Source: Octopus sinensis (Eukaryota). Taken from it: 64,000 nucleotides of DNA. Of this stretch, positions 25,471 through 37,761 are shown piece by piece (within the stretch, counting starts at the first letter, position 1; every line of letters starts with the position of its first letter). The notes beneath the pieces were generated by a model. The model was given only the letters and a program-made list of their open reading frames with translations. It was not told the DNA's origin and did not search any database. The DNA lies in the NCBI RefSeq assembly GCF_006345805.1, contig NC_043000.1:8742001-8806000 (forward strand), read 5' to 3'. The position numbers and the translations under genes were made by a program.

Positions 25471-26088
25471 TGTTGACCAGACAATGACTGTAGTAAGATT
25501 TAGTAATAGTGGAGAAGAATGCGTAATATATACAACACTGAAATAATAGTAGGTCTACAAACAGTATCTCCGGGGATAGTTAAAGAGGATATTCAGTCGC
25601 TAATGTAACTCCAACACAAAACTGAATTTAGTCTGGCTAATTCCATTTTTCCTTACGGAAGAACTGTATATGATGAGGAAGGGTTCATATGTGTGTTTTA
25701 TATATAGTGTTGGTTAAGAATATATTGATGTGTTATGTAGTACAAGATAGCATTGAAACAAAATACTGCCAATACACCTGTACTATATAAATTGAACCTG
25801 CTGCCAAGAATGTGTTATATTTATGCCAATCGGTCTATCCAATCTACGTAAGCTCATAGTAGGAGTGGATTATGAGTAGTGTCACTGTGGTTTGACTGAG
25901 AGCATGCGGTCACTGATGAATTATCAACACCCGATTGAAACCAGCACGCTTGAATTCCCATTTTGTGCTCACGAAGATTATGTAGGTAAGGACAAGATGT
26001 GTAATGTATATAAGAATATATTCTGTAGCGTAGAATGGCAATGATGCAAAGCATTTTTAACGCACGAGCAATTCACACACAGAAGCAA

Positions 26089-26121
<33 letters not shown>

Positions 26122-26257
26122 CACGTGTATGTGTGTGTGTGTAAATAGTATACATATATATGTCACCAGTGTCTTATATATATATATATATATATTTTAT
26201 ATATACATACATACATATATATATATACCTAGTTTCAGCTCACGAGCTGGGGCACCG

Positions 26258-26307
<50 letters not shown>

Positions 26308-27520
26308 GTGTGTGTGTGTATGTGTGTGTTTGTTTATGTATGTATGTATGTATGTATGTATGTATTCATGTATGTATGTATGTATGTATGTATGCATGTA
26401 TGTATGCATGTATGTATGTATGTATGGATGGATGGATCTGTAGGTATACTATACACATGTAAACATTTTTATGTGTATAGGATATAATCGCACTAATTCT
26501 GAAGATATAGATATGCATATGTGATATATGTATGTATATGTGTATGTGTATGATGTATGCGCACATATATATGTATATATATATACTTATATGCATGTTT
26601 ACGTGCGTATGTATATATGCGTATATACATACATTACGTACACGAGAGCCGCAGAATTATGAATAAAGAAATAAATAAGTTACAAATTCTATTGAACAGA
26701 TTTATTCATAAATCTTTCTCCCTAATATAATTTACTGTTCTGTCAAACCTTGATGTGCTTCCAAAAGGGATATTGTTCCTTATAGCAAGCATATTTAACA
26801 AGCACAAGGGATATCACACGAGCACACCGGCGTACATAGAGCGTTAAGCCTAAATGGACCTCCGCTGATATCGACAATGAACATACAGTTGTTCGATCAA
26901 CTGAAATACCTGTTTATTGAATTAGTCTACAAGTGGCTGAGTGTACCACAGAGATTTGTATGACCTTAATGTTACTGTTAAGGAAAACCAGCGTGACATG
27001 GCTGGGTCAATCAGATCGACAGGCTGTTGCACAGCTTCCGGTTATTCGATTTTATTTTCAAGGCTTGTGTTAAACGGAGATGATAACAAAACAGATTTGC
27101 GCAGCTCGGTCACGCTACATTGACATGCATACACGAGGCTTGCACAAACATTTGCACATACATACGTATATGTGTGCGTGTGCGTGTGTGTGTGTGTGTG
27201 TACGTGTGTGTGGAGAGAGAGAGCGAGAGAGAAAGAAAGAGAGACAGAGAGAGATATATGAGAGACACGTGTAGATGTGTATGTGTGTGTATGTATATAA
27301 ATATACCTATACATTATTATTAGCTTTACATTATATATTTGATATTGTGTGTGTATTCCTTTAAATGTCATTCTCTCTCTTTCGCTATGCGTTATGTGTG
27401 TATATCTGTGTGAGTGTGTGTGCGTGTGTGTGTGCGTGCGTGCGTGCGTGTGTGCGTGCGTGTGTACGTGTGTATTATAAATGGATAAACTTTTTGGGAA
27501 GAGAAGGCAATGCATAAGCC

Positions 27521-27552
<32 letters not shown>

Positions 27553-27880
27553 TACATACATACATACATGTGCGTGAGAGGGAGAGAGAGGAGGGGAAAG
27601 AGAGAAAGATCTAAAAGAATATACACAAATATAAAGAAAATATCAAATATATAATGTAAAGTTAATAATAATGATATCAAAGATTAAAACTGAAGCCTTA
27701 AACCATCACGATTTTGAGTTGCCATTTTTTGATACCACTTTAGATAACAAGATTCGCAATATGGCGTCTATTTAGTCAAGACGAGACTTTTAAATCCGGA
27801 GATTCTAAGTGTAAATCACTCATTATGTCGAATTTATCATTTAAAATATTCAACGTTTGACAAAGTATTTAAGTATAACT

Positions 27881-28264
27881 ACTAGTATCGCCCGGCGTTG
27901 CTCGGGTTTGTAAGGGAAATAACTATAAAGCATTTTTAGAGAGTTATAGCCAAAAAGTAGCAAAAAAATGGGAAAAAAATTATGGTAAATTTTTTTGAGA
28001 GTTAAAAAGGTCGAGTTGCGTCCCCTAGACAGTCTGTGGTTTGTGTTTCTAATTCTCGACCCCATGTCGAATTTATCGATTTTTTTTCCAGAACTGGGGG
28101 AACTTTTCAAAATTTTCGCTGCGTTAGTTTTGAATTATGACATTGAGCTATGTGTGTGTCAAGTTTCATCAGAATCGGTTGAAAGCCGTGGTCAGGGTGA
28201 GGGTACAACCTAACAGACACACAGACACGCACACAGACAAACTGCCGTTTATATAGAGAGAGAT
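27881..28264. mobile_element. Helitron/Helentron-derived non-autonomous element (HINE/DINE-like)
   Basis: ACTAG..CCCGGCGTTGCTCGGG hairpin end, internal AAGTTTCATCAGAATCGG, (ACAG)n, TTTATATAGAGAGAGAT terminus. Confidence 0.65.
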
Positions 28265-28568
28265 TATAGAAAGAAGAGTGACTGCGAGACAATGATGTAT
28301 ATATTAAAGGGAAGAAGACACAGGGAAACCAGAAACAGAGAAGATAAAAAGAAAGGGAAGTAAAGAGTGAAGAAATATAGAGGAATATTTTATACAGGCA
28401 TGGATCTGTGTTTATGTAGTCTGCTTTGCAACAATCTGGCTTTGGGTTTAATCCCACTGTGCGGTAAATTGGGCAAATGCATTCTATTCTAGCTTCGGTC
28501 CGATCAATGAATTGTGAAAGGATTTGCAGCAGATTTAGTTGAAGGAAACTGTGTGGAAGCCTATCATA

Positions 28569-28627
<59 letters not shown>

Positions 28628-28629
28628 CC

Positions 28630-28830
28630 GTTTACTTGTTTCAGTCCTTACACTGCAGCCTTGTTGCTGGGGCACCGCCTTGAGGAATTTTAGTCGAACA
28701 ACTTGAACCCAGTACTTATTTTTTTTAAAGCCTGGTACTTATTCTATAACTTTCTTTAGCTGAAACGCTAGATTACGGGCACTTGCTGTCAAGCAGTGGA
28801 CGGGAAAAACACAGACACAAAAACGCTCAG

Positions 28831-28862
<32 letters not shown>

Positions 28863-29465
28863 AAAGATACGGGTAGTTTTCGCCAGAGTGACTTAAGCCA
28901 ATAGGTATGCACTCTGAGTACTCAAATAGACATGCCACTAAACTTCCTGTTTGAACTGCTGTTAAAGTTGTGAATTTATGGCTGCCTTATGCAAAGCAGC
29001 TAGAAGTGGCTTCCCCTTGAGTTTGTAGGTATAGGTTGAAGTAGAAAGGAAAGAAAAACAATTTGGCAAGACTTGATAAGGACATTTAATTTAATTTAGC
29101 TATATAGTAGTTATATAATAATTGATTTGATTTCGCTATATATTCTTTTATTCTTTTATTTGTTTCAGTCATTTGACTGCGGCCATGCTGGAGCACCGCC
29201 TTTAGTCGAACAAATCGACACCAGGACTTATTCTTTGTAAGCCTAGTATTTATTCTATCGGTATCTTTGCCGGACCGCTAAGTTACGGGGACGTAAACAC
29301 ACCAACATCGGTTGTAAAGCCATTGTGGGGGATAACGGGCTTCTTACAGTTTCCGTTTACCAAATCCACTCTCAAGGAATTGGTCGGCCCGAGGCTATAG
29401 TAGAAGACACTTGCCCAGGTGCCATGCAGTGGAACTGAACCTGAGACCTGCGCCTTTATATACAC

Positions 29466-29509
<44 letters not shown>

Positions 29510-29695
29510 TATATATATATAATATATATATATCAACGACAAGCTTCTTTCAGATTCCGTCTACTAAATCCTCTCACAAGGCTTTGGTCGGCTTGAGACT
29601 ACAGTAGAAGACACTTGCTACAGGTGCCACTCAGTGGGACTGAAACCGGAACCATGTGGTTGGGAAGCAAACCTCTTACCACATAGTCACGCGCG
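28630..29695 (-). mobile_element. Cluster of SINE B/C pieces (28630-28830, 29150-29455, 29535-29695)
   Basis: Consensus tail and head segments repeated. Confidence 0.75.
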
Positions 29696-30036
29696 ACCGC
29701 CTGCCTTTGTGTTTGTCCCCAACCATTTGACAATCGATATTGGTTTGTTTGCGTTCATGTAACTTAGCCATTCGACAACACGATTCATAAATGTCAAGAA
29801 ACTTTGCAAACTCTCAGAGTTTCGACCTCTTTTATATGTCTCCTCTATCCAATCTACACCAGCCAACCGAGGAAGCTAACATGAGTCCAAGCTCTTGTTT
29901 AGAAGAATTTGCAAATGTGTTCTGATGTCTGCCAAACAGATAACAATTCATGAGGTGAATGCAGAACAGCGAGTAACATCGCAATGTCACAAAGTCCCCT
30001 TACCCCAGGGAATCGCGGAGCACACATCCTCTAAAG

Positions 30037-30328
30037 CAGCAGTTCTCAACTAGGACCCATATACGATTTTCGGGGATCCATATAACAAAATAGTTAGCTG
30101 AGGATCCACAAAAGTATTTGAAGGGACCTTGAAAGATTCTTGCTTTAGATTGTATATATTGCAAGAAACAGCTTGGTATTTTTCTCTGATATTTTATATA
30201 GTCCAACCAGCACAAATGAATGTATGTAAAACAAAGTAGAAATTTTGAGAGGAGTTTCTATAAAACTAATTTTTAAACATCGAATGTAATTACTGGGGGC
30301 CCATTAAAAAAATGGTTGAGAAAACCAG
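30037..30328. mobile_element. hAT (Charlie-like) MITE
   Basis: Ends CAGCAGTTCTCAAC / GTTGAGAAAACCAG; 8-bp TSD CTCTAAAG / CTGTAAAG. Confidence 0.75.
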
Positions 30329-30349
30329 CTGTAAAGAGAGATGCTCTCC

Positions 30350-30647
30350 ATTGACGAAAATAAAGATAAAATAAAACAACAACGATCAGATATTCAGATG
30401 CGAATCTGTGATAACATATGGAGAATGAATAGATACGTTACTGTTTGGACTATACATACATACAACAACATCTTTTGTTATTCAGTATAACTCATTTAAT
30501 TGCATCATTACATCTGGATTCATGGGGTGCGCGCAGAATAGCAAGAGTCCAAACAGTAACGTATCTATTCATTCTCCATACGTTATCACAGATTCGAATC
30601 TGAATATCTGATCGTTGTTGTTTTATTTTATCTTTATTTTCGTCAAT
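30350..30647. mobile_element. Fold-back element with 102-bp inverted repeats
   Basis: 30350-30451 versus 30546-30647 show 2 mismatches; 94-bp spacer; no clear TSD. Confidence 0.75.
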
Positions 30648-31234
30648 CAACATATATATATATATATGTGTGTGTGTGTGGTGTGTGTGTGTGTGTGTAT
30701 TTGAAATGTCATTTCCTAAAATTATAGATGGATTGTAGTAGTGAACATTTTATAATGCCTTATTACTATTAGTAGAAGTATCTGAGATCACGGGAATCTA
30801 CGTTTATGCATGCTGGGTGGTTGTGGGAGATTTCACTATTTATTATAACAGGTGGGTAAAAGGACATTGTCGGTTAACAAACTCTGAAGTAGGAAAGGTT
30901 TTGTACTTTGCAATCTGAAGGAGTGAAATATTCAACTACAGATGAATACCACACTGCAGAAGTCGTTGATTATTAACGGAATGTTAAGATAATATAAAAC
31001 AAAAATAACATTTCCAATAATGCGAAGACAATAGAAAATTGTCGGAAAAAGAGAGACAATAGAGAAAGGATAGAGAGAAGTGGTGGTAAAATATAAAGAT
31101 AAGAACGGAAAGAATTAGCCAAGAATCTCTGTATTTATAAGCTTTGATTTAGTCTAATAAATGAGATCAGTATAAAGCTAATAATTCCAAAATTTGTAGT
31201 AAATCAGTCGTTATCGAAAGGTCGATCGTTTCGC

Positions 31235-31283
<49 letters not shown>

Positions 31284-31878
31284 CTGGTGATTTAGATAAG
31301 AGTTTTGACTGTTATTTCCAGCAGGTAGACTTACTTGGTTTGTCTCTTTGCTTAATTTTAATCCTTCAGCTATTTAATGATTCTTTTGGGCCTGCAATTG
31401 CCCATATTATTGATTCTGCTATTATCATTTTTAAATTGTTACACTGGATAACAACAGAGTCAATAATATCTTCGCAAATTATTTTTTCGTGAATTATTTG
31501 CTCCGTATTGAATATATATATATACAACATTCATACATACATACATACATTATATATTATAGTAGGCTTTACGTGTTTTTCCCTAAATTCATTCTGCAAC
31601 AATAATAGCAAAAAGAAGCAATATAATTATTTTAGCTTTTAGTAATAAATTGCTAAAAAATTATAATGGAGTATCCTGTATGTTGGATATCTATATGGTC
31701 GTATGCATTCGAGGAGAGCGGTTTATTTCAAATTGATGTATGTTTGCGTTGATTGATGAAATGGACATCGTCATTACTTATTTGCTTTTTATTCACCTAA
31801 ATTCGAGCTGTGCGAACAATACCGGAGTGACTTGGTGTCTCAACCTAAGTATCTAATTCAACCGAGTGTTAATTATTC

Positions 31879-31924
<46 letters not shown>

Positions 31925-31925
<1 letters not shown>

Positions 31926-32412
31926 TACATATGTGGAAATCTGTGGGTGTCTTTGTTTGTGGCGTTGTTACCTAACTCCTCCTACATCGTTTTATCGATT
32001 TTGATGAAACTTGTCACGTGAGTAGACCTCATATCTGGAAAACTAGGGACATAATTACATTGTTGGAAAAATTGTTAATAGGGCTCCTGGAAGGGATTCT
32101 TATATCTACTACATATAGCTAATATATTGTTTTTAAACATCCATGGGAAATAGCCCATTCACTCCTGAAAGGGATCCTTATATATAGCCAAGGGAAATAA
32201 TCCATTCATGTTCGTAAATTATTTCGTATAAATCAAATTGAGTATGCTTATTTCTTAGTATTTGAACTACTTGAGTTATTTTCACAATTTATCCAGTACA
32301 ACGCTTAAACAAGTAAATAGTATTTTCCTAAACAATAGATCCACTTATTTCGGTTAGTGACTTATTCACGAATATACCAACACTAGCGCCGCTGCGGGTA
32401 ATATTCTCTGCG
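31925..32412. mobile_element. Helitron-like non-autonomous element
   Basis: ATACTAC..TGTGGAAATCTGTG start, CGATTTTGATGAAACTTG motif, GCGCCGCTGCGGGTAA hairpin-like end. Confidence 0.5.
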
Positions 32413-32947
32413 AACGCCCAAAGGATTTTTTGAGTGTTATTTACATTGAATTGTTATTATCTCATACCTGATTAGCCTGTTATTACGTAACATGCTTCAC
32501 AATTTTAGTATACCTTATTAGTATTTCCTCCTGAATTCTATATACTCTGGGAACGTATTAAAGCCTTTTTCAGGACAACGTTATTTGAATTCTTACTATC
32601 GGGTAATTAATTTCATGTTATTACATAATTGCCATCACAGTTTGGGTATTCATAACTTATTGGGAATTTTAAAAAATAAGATACTGTGTAAGGCAGTTCA
32701 GTATTCCCAATAAATACACAAGAACCGTTTTATAATCTACCAAATCCACACACAAGGCTTTGGCCAGAACGAGGCTAGAGTAGAAAACACTTGTCCAAGG
32801 TGCCACGTACTGGAGGTGAACCCGGAAGTATGTTGTTAAGAAGCACACTTCTTACGCCCCAAGTACGGTTCTTTCTTTCTCTTTATATATATATATATGT
32901 GTGTGTGTGTGTTTGTGTGTATCTGTATATATATATATATATATATA

Positions 32948-33536
32948 TAGGGTAAATGTTTTTAAATTTTCACCTAATTTCTGAATTACTACTACTTGGC
33001 GGTGTGAGTTATGGCTGCTCTTTCTGGTGGACGAATGACCTGTTAGGGTCACTCCTAAATTGTTATATTTATATATTTAGTCGATGACTATTTTCTCTTT
33101 TCCACCAGGCCGCTGGTAGCGATAGATTTCTATTGAATTTTTTTGCTACCCTAAATTGACTAATTGATAATTTTCTGAATAATTCTGAGATTGAATCGGC
33201 AGTTTATATTTACTGCTGATAAGTTTGGCGCGAATACGTCAGTCTTGAAAATTTTAAGACAGATATTCCGTAGGCATCGATACAGACGCCTCGTGTATAT
33301 TTGTCTCTCCCAGGTTTTTTACTGATGAAGTGTAACCTATGGTAGATTAGCTTAATTTAATTTAATTAAGCTAATTTAATCATTAATGACACAGAAACGT
33401 TGCAACGTCTAAAAGATGAATAGGGTAAATGTTTTTAAATTTTCACCTAATTCTGAATTACTACTACTTGGCGGTGTGAGTTATGGCTGCTCTTTCTGGT
33501 GGACGAATGACCTGTTAGGGTCACTCCTAAATTGTT

Positions 33537-33540
<4 letters not shown>
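32948..33540 (+). mobile_element. HHR-bearing element: 1.25 tandem units of a ~473-bp repeat in (TA)n (PLE pLTR or retrozyme-like)
   Basis: 32948-33068 is repeated at 33421-33540 (1-bp indel). The HHR cleavage site lies 11 nt before the second copy. (TA)n on both flanks. Confidence 0.8.
33315..33416 (+). ncRNA. Type I hammerhead ribozyme with long stem II
   Basis: Stem I UUUUUUA/UAAAAGA, CUGAUGA (33322-28), A, GUGU...GAUUAGCUUAAUU/AAUUAAGCUAAUU...ACAC, A, GAAA (33394-97), palindromic stem III ACGUUGCAACGU, canonical GUC (cut after C33409). Confidence 0.85.
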
Positions 33541-33601
<61 letters not shown>

Positions 33602-33602
33602 A

Positions 33603-33648
<46 letters not shown>

Positions 33649-33865
33649 TATATATATACATACATATACTTCGTTTTTGGATTGGTTTGCAAGACTCCTT
33701 ATGTGAGTTTGGGTATTGAAGCATATTTGTTGTGTCTGGGGAGTATAATTTTCTGTTTGTGCCTTATTTAAATAAGTAAATGTGTGGAAACTTTCACTGC
33801 TGAGAGTGTTAATATTAAGGCACTAAAAGAGAATAACTCTCCGCTGGTACAACAATATATATATG

Positions 33866-33906
<41 letters not shown>

Positions 33907-34046
33907 TTATATATATTATATATATATATATATATATAATACATACATATATATTATTTATTTTCACGCGCACACTCATATGTATGTATATATTATCTCA
34001 TCTATCTATTTACATATATATGTGTGTATATACATACATATATGCT

Positions 34047-34080
<34 letters not shown>

Positions 34081-34435
34081 GTTTGTAGAGAGGTATGTAA
34101 GTATACATATTAATATGCACTAACATACATACTCATTCCCTCATACATATGAGTGTGTGTGTGCTTGCGTGTGTGTGGCCGTATGTGCAAAACGAGGATG
34201 ATTTAAATATGGAGCTTTATGGAAGACAAAAATCGCGCTAAACAAGCGATGTGTTTATAAAACAATTTCTGTCTGAATGCGTCGGTAGAGACTTGTTGAA
34301 CATCCGTGTAGCTGTTTGGGAGGACACTCACACACACACACACACACACTCACACACACACACGCACACACGCACACACGCGCACACACACACGCACACA
34401 AACACACGCTTATGCACCTATATGTACACAATATA

Positions 34436-34652
34436 CGAGGCAGGTACTTAAAAGTTCGGGACCTTTCGATGAATGAAAATATAAGAGGATCAGAAAATTG
34501 TGATTTTATTCAACATATTCCGCTCCCAGATTCACACACTTATTGCTGCGATCCTTTTTCTAAGCCCTGTAAAAAGAACTTAGATTGCTGGGCCCCCAAC
34601 CAGGCCTTTCGCGACTCCTTTAAAGCCAGGAAATTTTCAACACCCCCCCTTG
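34436..34652 (-). mobile_element. Mariner-derived MITE
   Basis: TA-flanked, with degenerate TIRs CGAGGG..AAAAGTTC / GAAATTTTCAACACCCCCCTTG. The minus strand retains the transposase end WLGAQQSKFFLQGLEK..CVNLGAEYVE*. Confidence 0.7.
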
Positions 34653-34664
34653 TATACACGATTT

Positions 34665-35129
34665 CTTTTATTCTTTTACTTGTTTCAGTCATTTTGACTG
34701 CAGCCATGCTGGAGCACCACCATCAGGGGTCTTAGTCGAACAAGTCGACCCCGGGATTTAATTAAGCCTAGCACTTACTCTATCAATCTCTTTTGCTGAA
34801 CCACTAAGTTACGAGGACGTAAGCACACCAACACCCATTGTCAAGCGGTGATGAGGGTGAAAGGCGGCGAGCTGGCAGAAACGTTAGCAGGCCGGGCGAA
34901 ATGCGTGGCCGTATTTCGTCTGCCGTTACGTTCTGAGTTCAAATTCCGCCGAGGTCGACTTTGCCTTTCATCCTTTCGGGATCGATTAAATAAGTACCAG
35001 TTACGCACTCGGGTCGATGTAATCGACTTAATCCGTTTGTCTGTCCTTGTTTGCCCTCTCTGTGTTTAGCCCCTTGTGGGTAGTAAAGAAATAGGTGATG
35101 AGGGTGAAGCAGACATTCACACACACACG

Positions 35130-35188
<59 letters not shown>

Positions 35189-35736
35189 GACGGCCTTCTT
35201 TCAGTTTCCATCTACCAAATCCACTCACAAGGCTTTAGTCGGCCCGAAGCTAAAGTAGAAGACACTTGGCCAAGATGCGACGCAGTGGCATATATATATA
35301 TATATTTTTAATTTTCATTTATCTGCATCAGTCATTGGACTACGGCCATGCTGTGACCCTGCTTCGAAGGGTTTAGTCGAATGAATCGAACGCAGTACTT
35401 ATTCTTTTGAATCTGCAATTTATTCTGTCAGTGTCTCTGCCGAACCGTGAGGTTACAGGGACGTATACAAATAAACATCTGTTGTCAAATAGTGGCGAGG
35501 GACAAACACAAAGACATACATCTTTCCTAATCTAGGCACAAGGCCCGAAAGTTTGGGGGAGGGTAGCCAGTCGATTAGATCGACCCAGTACGCGACTGGT
35601 AATTAATTTATCGTCCCCGAAAGGATGAACGACAAAGTCGACCTCGGCGGAATTTGAACTCAGAACGTAAAGACAGACGAAATGCCGTTAAGCATTTTAC
35701 CCGGCGTGCTAACGTTTCCGCAAGCTCACCACCTTA
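34665..35736. mobile_element. SINE cluster: B tail, A (+, 34861-35098), C, B, A (-, 35522-35736)
   Basis: Consensus matches; the two family A copies are inverted relative to each other. Confidence 0.8.
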
Positions 35737-35910
35737 AAGACATATATCTTTCTCTCTCATCCTCTGTCTGTCTGTCTGTCTGTGTTTATCTGCCTCTCTC
35801 TCTCTCTCCCTCTCTCTTTTATTTAAACAGACATATATATATTATTATTATTAATAATAATGATAACAAAAGAATGAATGAGGCCTCGATATTATATAAA
35901 TAGAGAAATT

Positions 35911-36056
35911 TATATATATATATATAATATAGGACAATCAGTAAGTTGTCATAATAATACTCAGAGTTTCAAATACTGGAGCAGAAAGCTTGCCTAGAAG
36001 CTTTCAGCTCCAGTATTTGAAACTCTGAGTATTATTATGACAACTTACTGATTGTC

Positions 36057-36078
<22 letters not shown>
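35911..36078. other. Near-perfect palindrome (~70-80-bp arms, 6-nt loop) in (TA)n
   Basis: ATAGGACAATCAG...GAAAGCTT-GCCTAG-AAGCTTTC...CTGATTGTCCTAT, with a single mismatch. Confidence 0.9.
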
Positions 36079-36124
<46 letters not shown>

Positions 36125-36424
36125 ACGGGATTCCCAACGGTTTCCGTCTACCAAATTCACTCACAAGGCACTGGTTGACCTGGGGCCATAGTAGAAGACA
36201 CCTTCCCTCAAAATGCCGTACAATGCGACTACAATCTTGGATTGTCGAAATATTTTTGCATATTGTATCCTTGTGATAAGGCCTTTTCTTTTTTGTTTAA
36301 CAATTTACTTAATGCCTACTGACTACCCTTATTATTTGCCTACGACCAGTGCCACGCTGTGAATTTCTTGGTATCTAAAAAGGATGTAACTCTTCATATA
36401 TACACACAAAATGTTTGTATACGT

Positions 36425-36842
36425 CAGCCCTGGATTAACCATTAAGAATAATAAGCATATGCTTAGGAGATTAAGAGAAGGAAGGGTACCAGAGAAATGG
36501 TAAGTGGTTTACGGCACAAAAGAAATCATTTTAAACTTACTGAAATAATATTCGAGATGTCTTATTACTAGTAAGTATAGAAACTGATTTGTTACATAAG
36601 ATTAATTGTGAAGATCTAATCAAGGACTTTGCAATTTAAAAAAAATGGAGAAAACTTCAAATATAAAGTAGAAGTATACAAAATAAACATTATTTTCCAT
36701 CTTATTGTTACTTTTGTTTCATTTTGAAAAATAAAAATTCATGTTATGGCTTTTTATTGTTTATATTTTGAATTACAAATATATAGGGACACCAATATCT
36801 TTTAAGTGCTTAGGGCCTCTCTGGGCCTTAATGAGGCACTTG
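36425..36842 (+). mobile_element. Non-autonomous hAT element with transposase C-terminal remnant
   Basis: CAGCCCTGGATTAA start, GTGCTTAGGGCC subterminal motifs, LLLVSIETDLLHKINCEDLIKDFA..RK (end of the hAT dimerisation region). Confidence 0.65.
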
Positions 36843-37084
36843 TGCGCGTGTATAATATGTTTGACTATATGCATTTATGTCTGTTGTAGATGTGGCCGTT
36901 TTGCCCCCTAGGTTAACTCTCGTCAAGCTTGCTTATCGTTGAATAAAAGTGTCCCAGTTGTGACCATCTCGGCATTTGGTATATTAGAGACTACATTGCC
37001 TAACATAGCCTTTATGTAAGACAGTCGAGTGTGATCTGAATGAGATTTGGCTGGTATTTCTTGCACTTGTGCGAACTTTTAGAG

Positions 37085-37761
37085 CAGTGGTTCTCGACCA
37101 TTTTAAACCTTGGGACCCTTTTCATTCCTATCCTAATGTGGTAGGGGGAACCCTCACAGCCATTCGATGTCTAAAGACTATTAGGATCTTTTCGGTTTGA
37201 ACGGCAGTTTTTAACATAATTTATAGGTAAATAAAAAATTTTAAACTTCGTATACTGGTAGAATGTGCTTATAAAACATCTTTTTCTCTTGGCTTTATTG
37301 AGAAAATTCTATAGTTTGTAAGATATTTCTTTTTTTTTCTTCAATTTCTGCAATTTCAACCAATCAATGACGTCCCTTGAGATAAAAAAAAAACCATTCT
37401 GTCCCTCGTTTAAAAAACAGATTGGGTTTATTTACATTTGTGAAGAAAAAAAGATACCCTTCCCCCTAACCCTAACCCTAATTAATCCTAACCCTAACTA
37501 ACCCTAACCCTAAAATAGATTGAAATGCAATAGATCGATACTAGGGTCATAATTATGGGTGACAATTTCATATGACACCACTAGAAAAAAACTGCCGTTC
37601 AAACCGAAAAGATCCGATTCTTATATTCTTATGATTAAATATTATTAGGAATTCTCTAAAACATTTTTAGAAGTATCACCAATTTATGGCACATAAATTT
37701 TAATAACAAAATCTTATATGGACGCCCCAAGGGCCACATGAACCCCGGTCGAAAGCCGCTG
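37085..37761. mobile_element. hAT MITE with nested insertion
   Basis: TIRs CAGTGGTTCTCGACC / GGTCGAAAGCCGCTG; TSD TTTTAGAG / TTTAAGAG; related to 30037-30328. Confidence 0.75.
37183..37616. mobile_element. TIR MITE carrying (CCCTAA)n, nested in hAT MITE
   Basis: About 28-bp perfect TIR GGATCTTTTCGGTTTGAACGGCAGTTTT; possible ATT TSD; (CCCTAA)n at ~37464-37513. Confidence 0.8.

Noticed and set aside
25913-25955. CTGATGA...GAAA as a hammerhead
   Set aside because: Stems I and III do not pair convincingly and there is no proper UH site.
28160-28180. Minus-strand CTGATGA
   Set aside because: Part of the common CCGATTCTGATGAAACTT motif of Helitron-like MITEs, with no HHR fold.
33212-33244. Second degenerate HHR (ACTG-CTGATAA..GC-GAAT-ACGT-CAGT) inside the 473-bp unit
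   Set aside because: Two core mismatches and an ambiguous register; it can only be judged from a family consensus.
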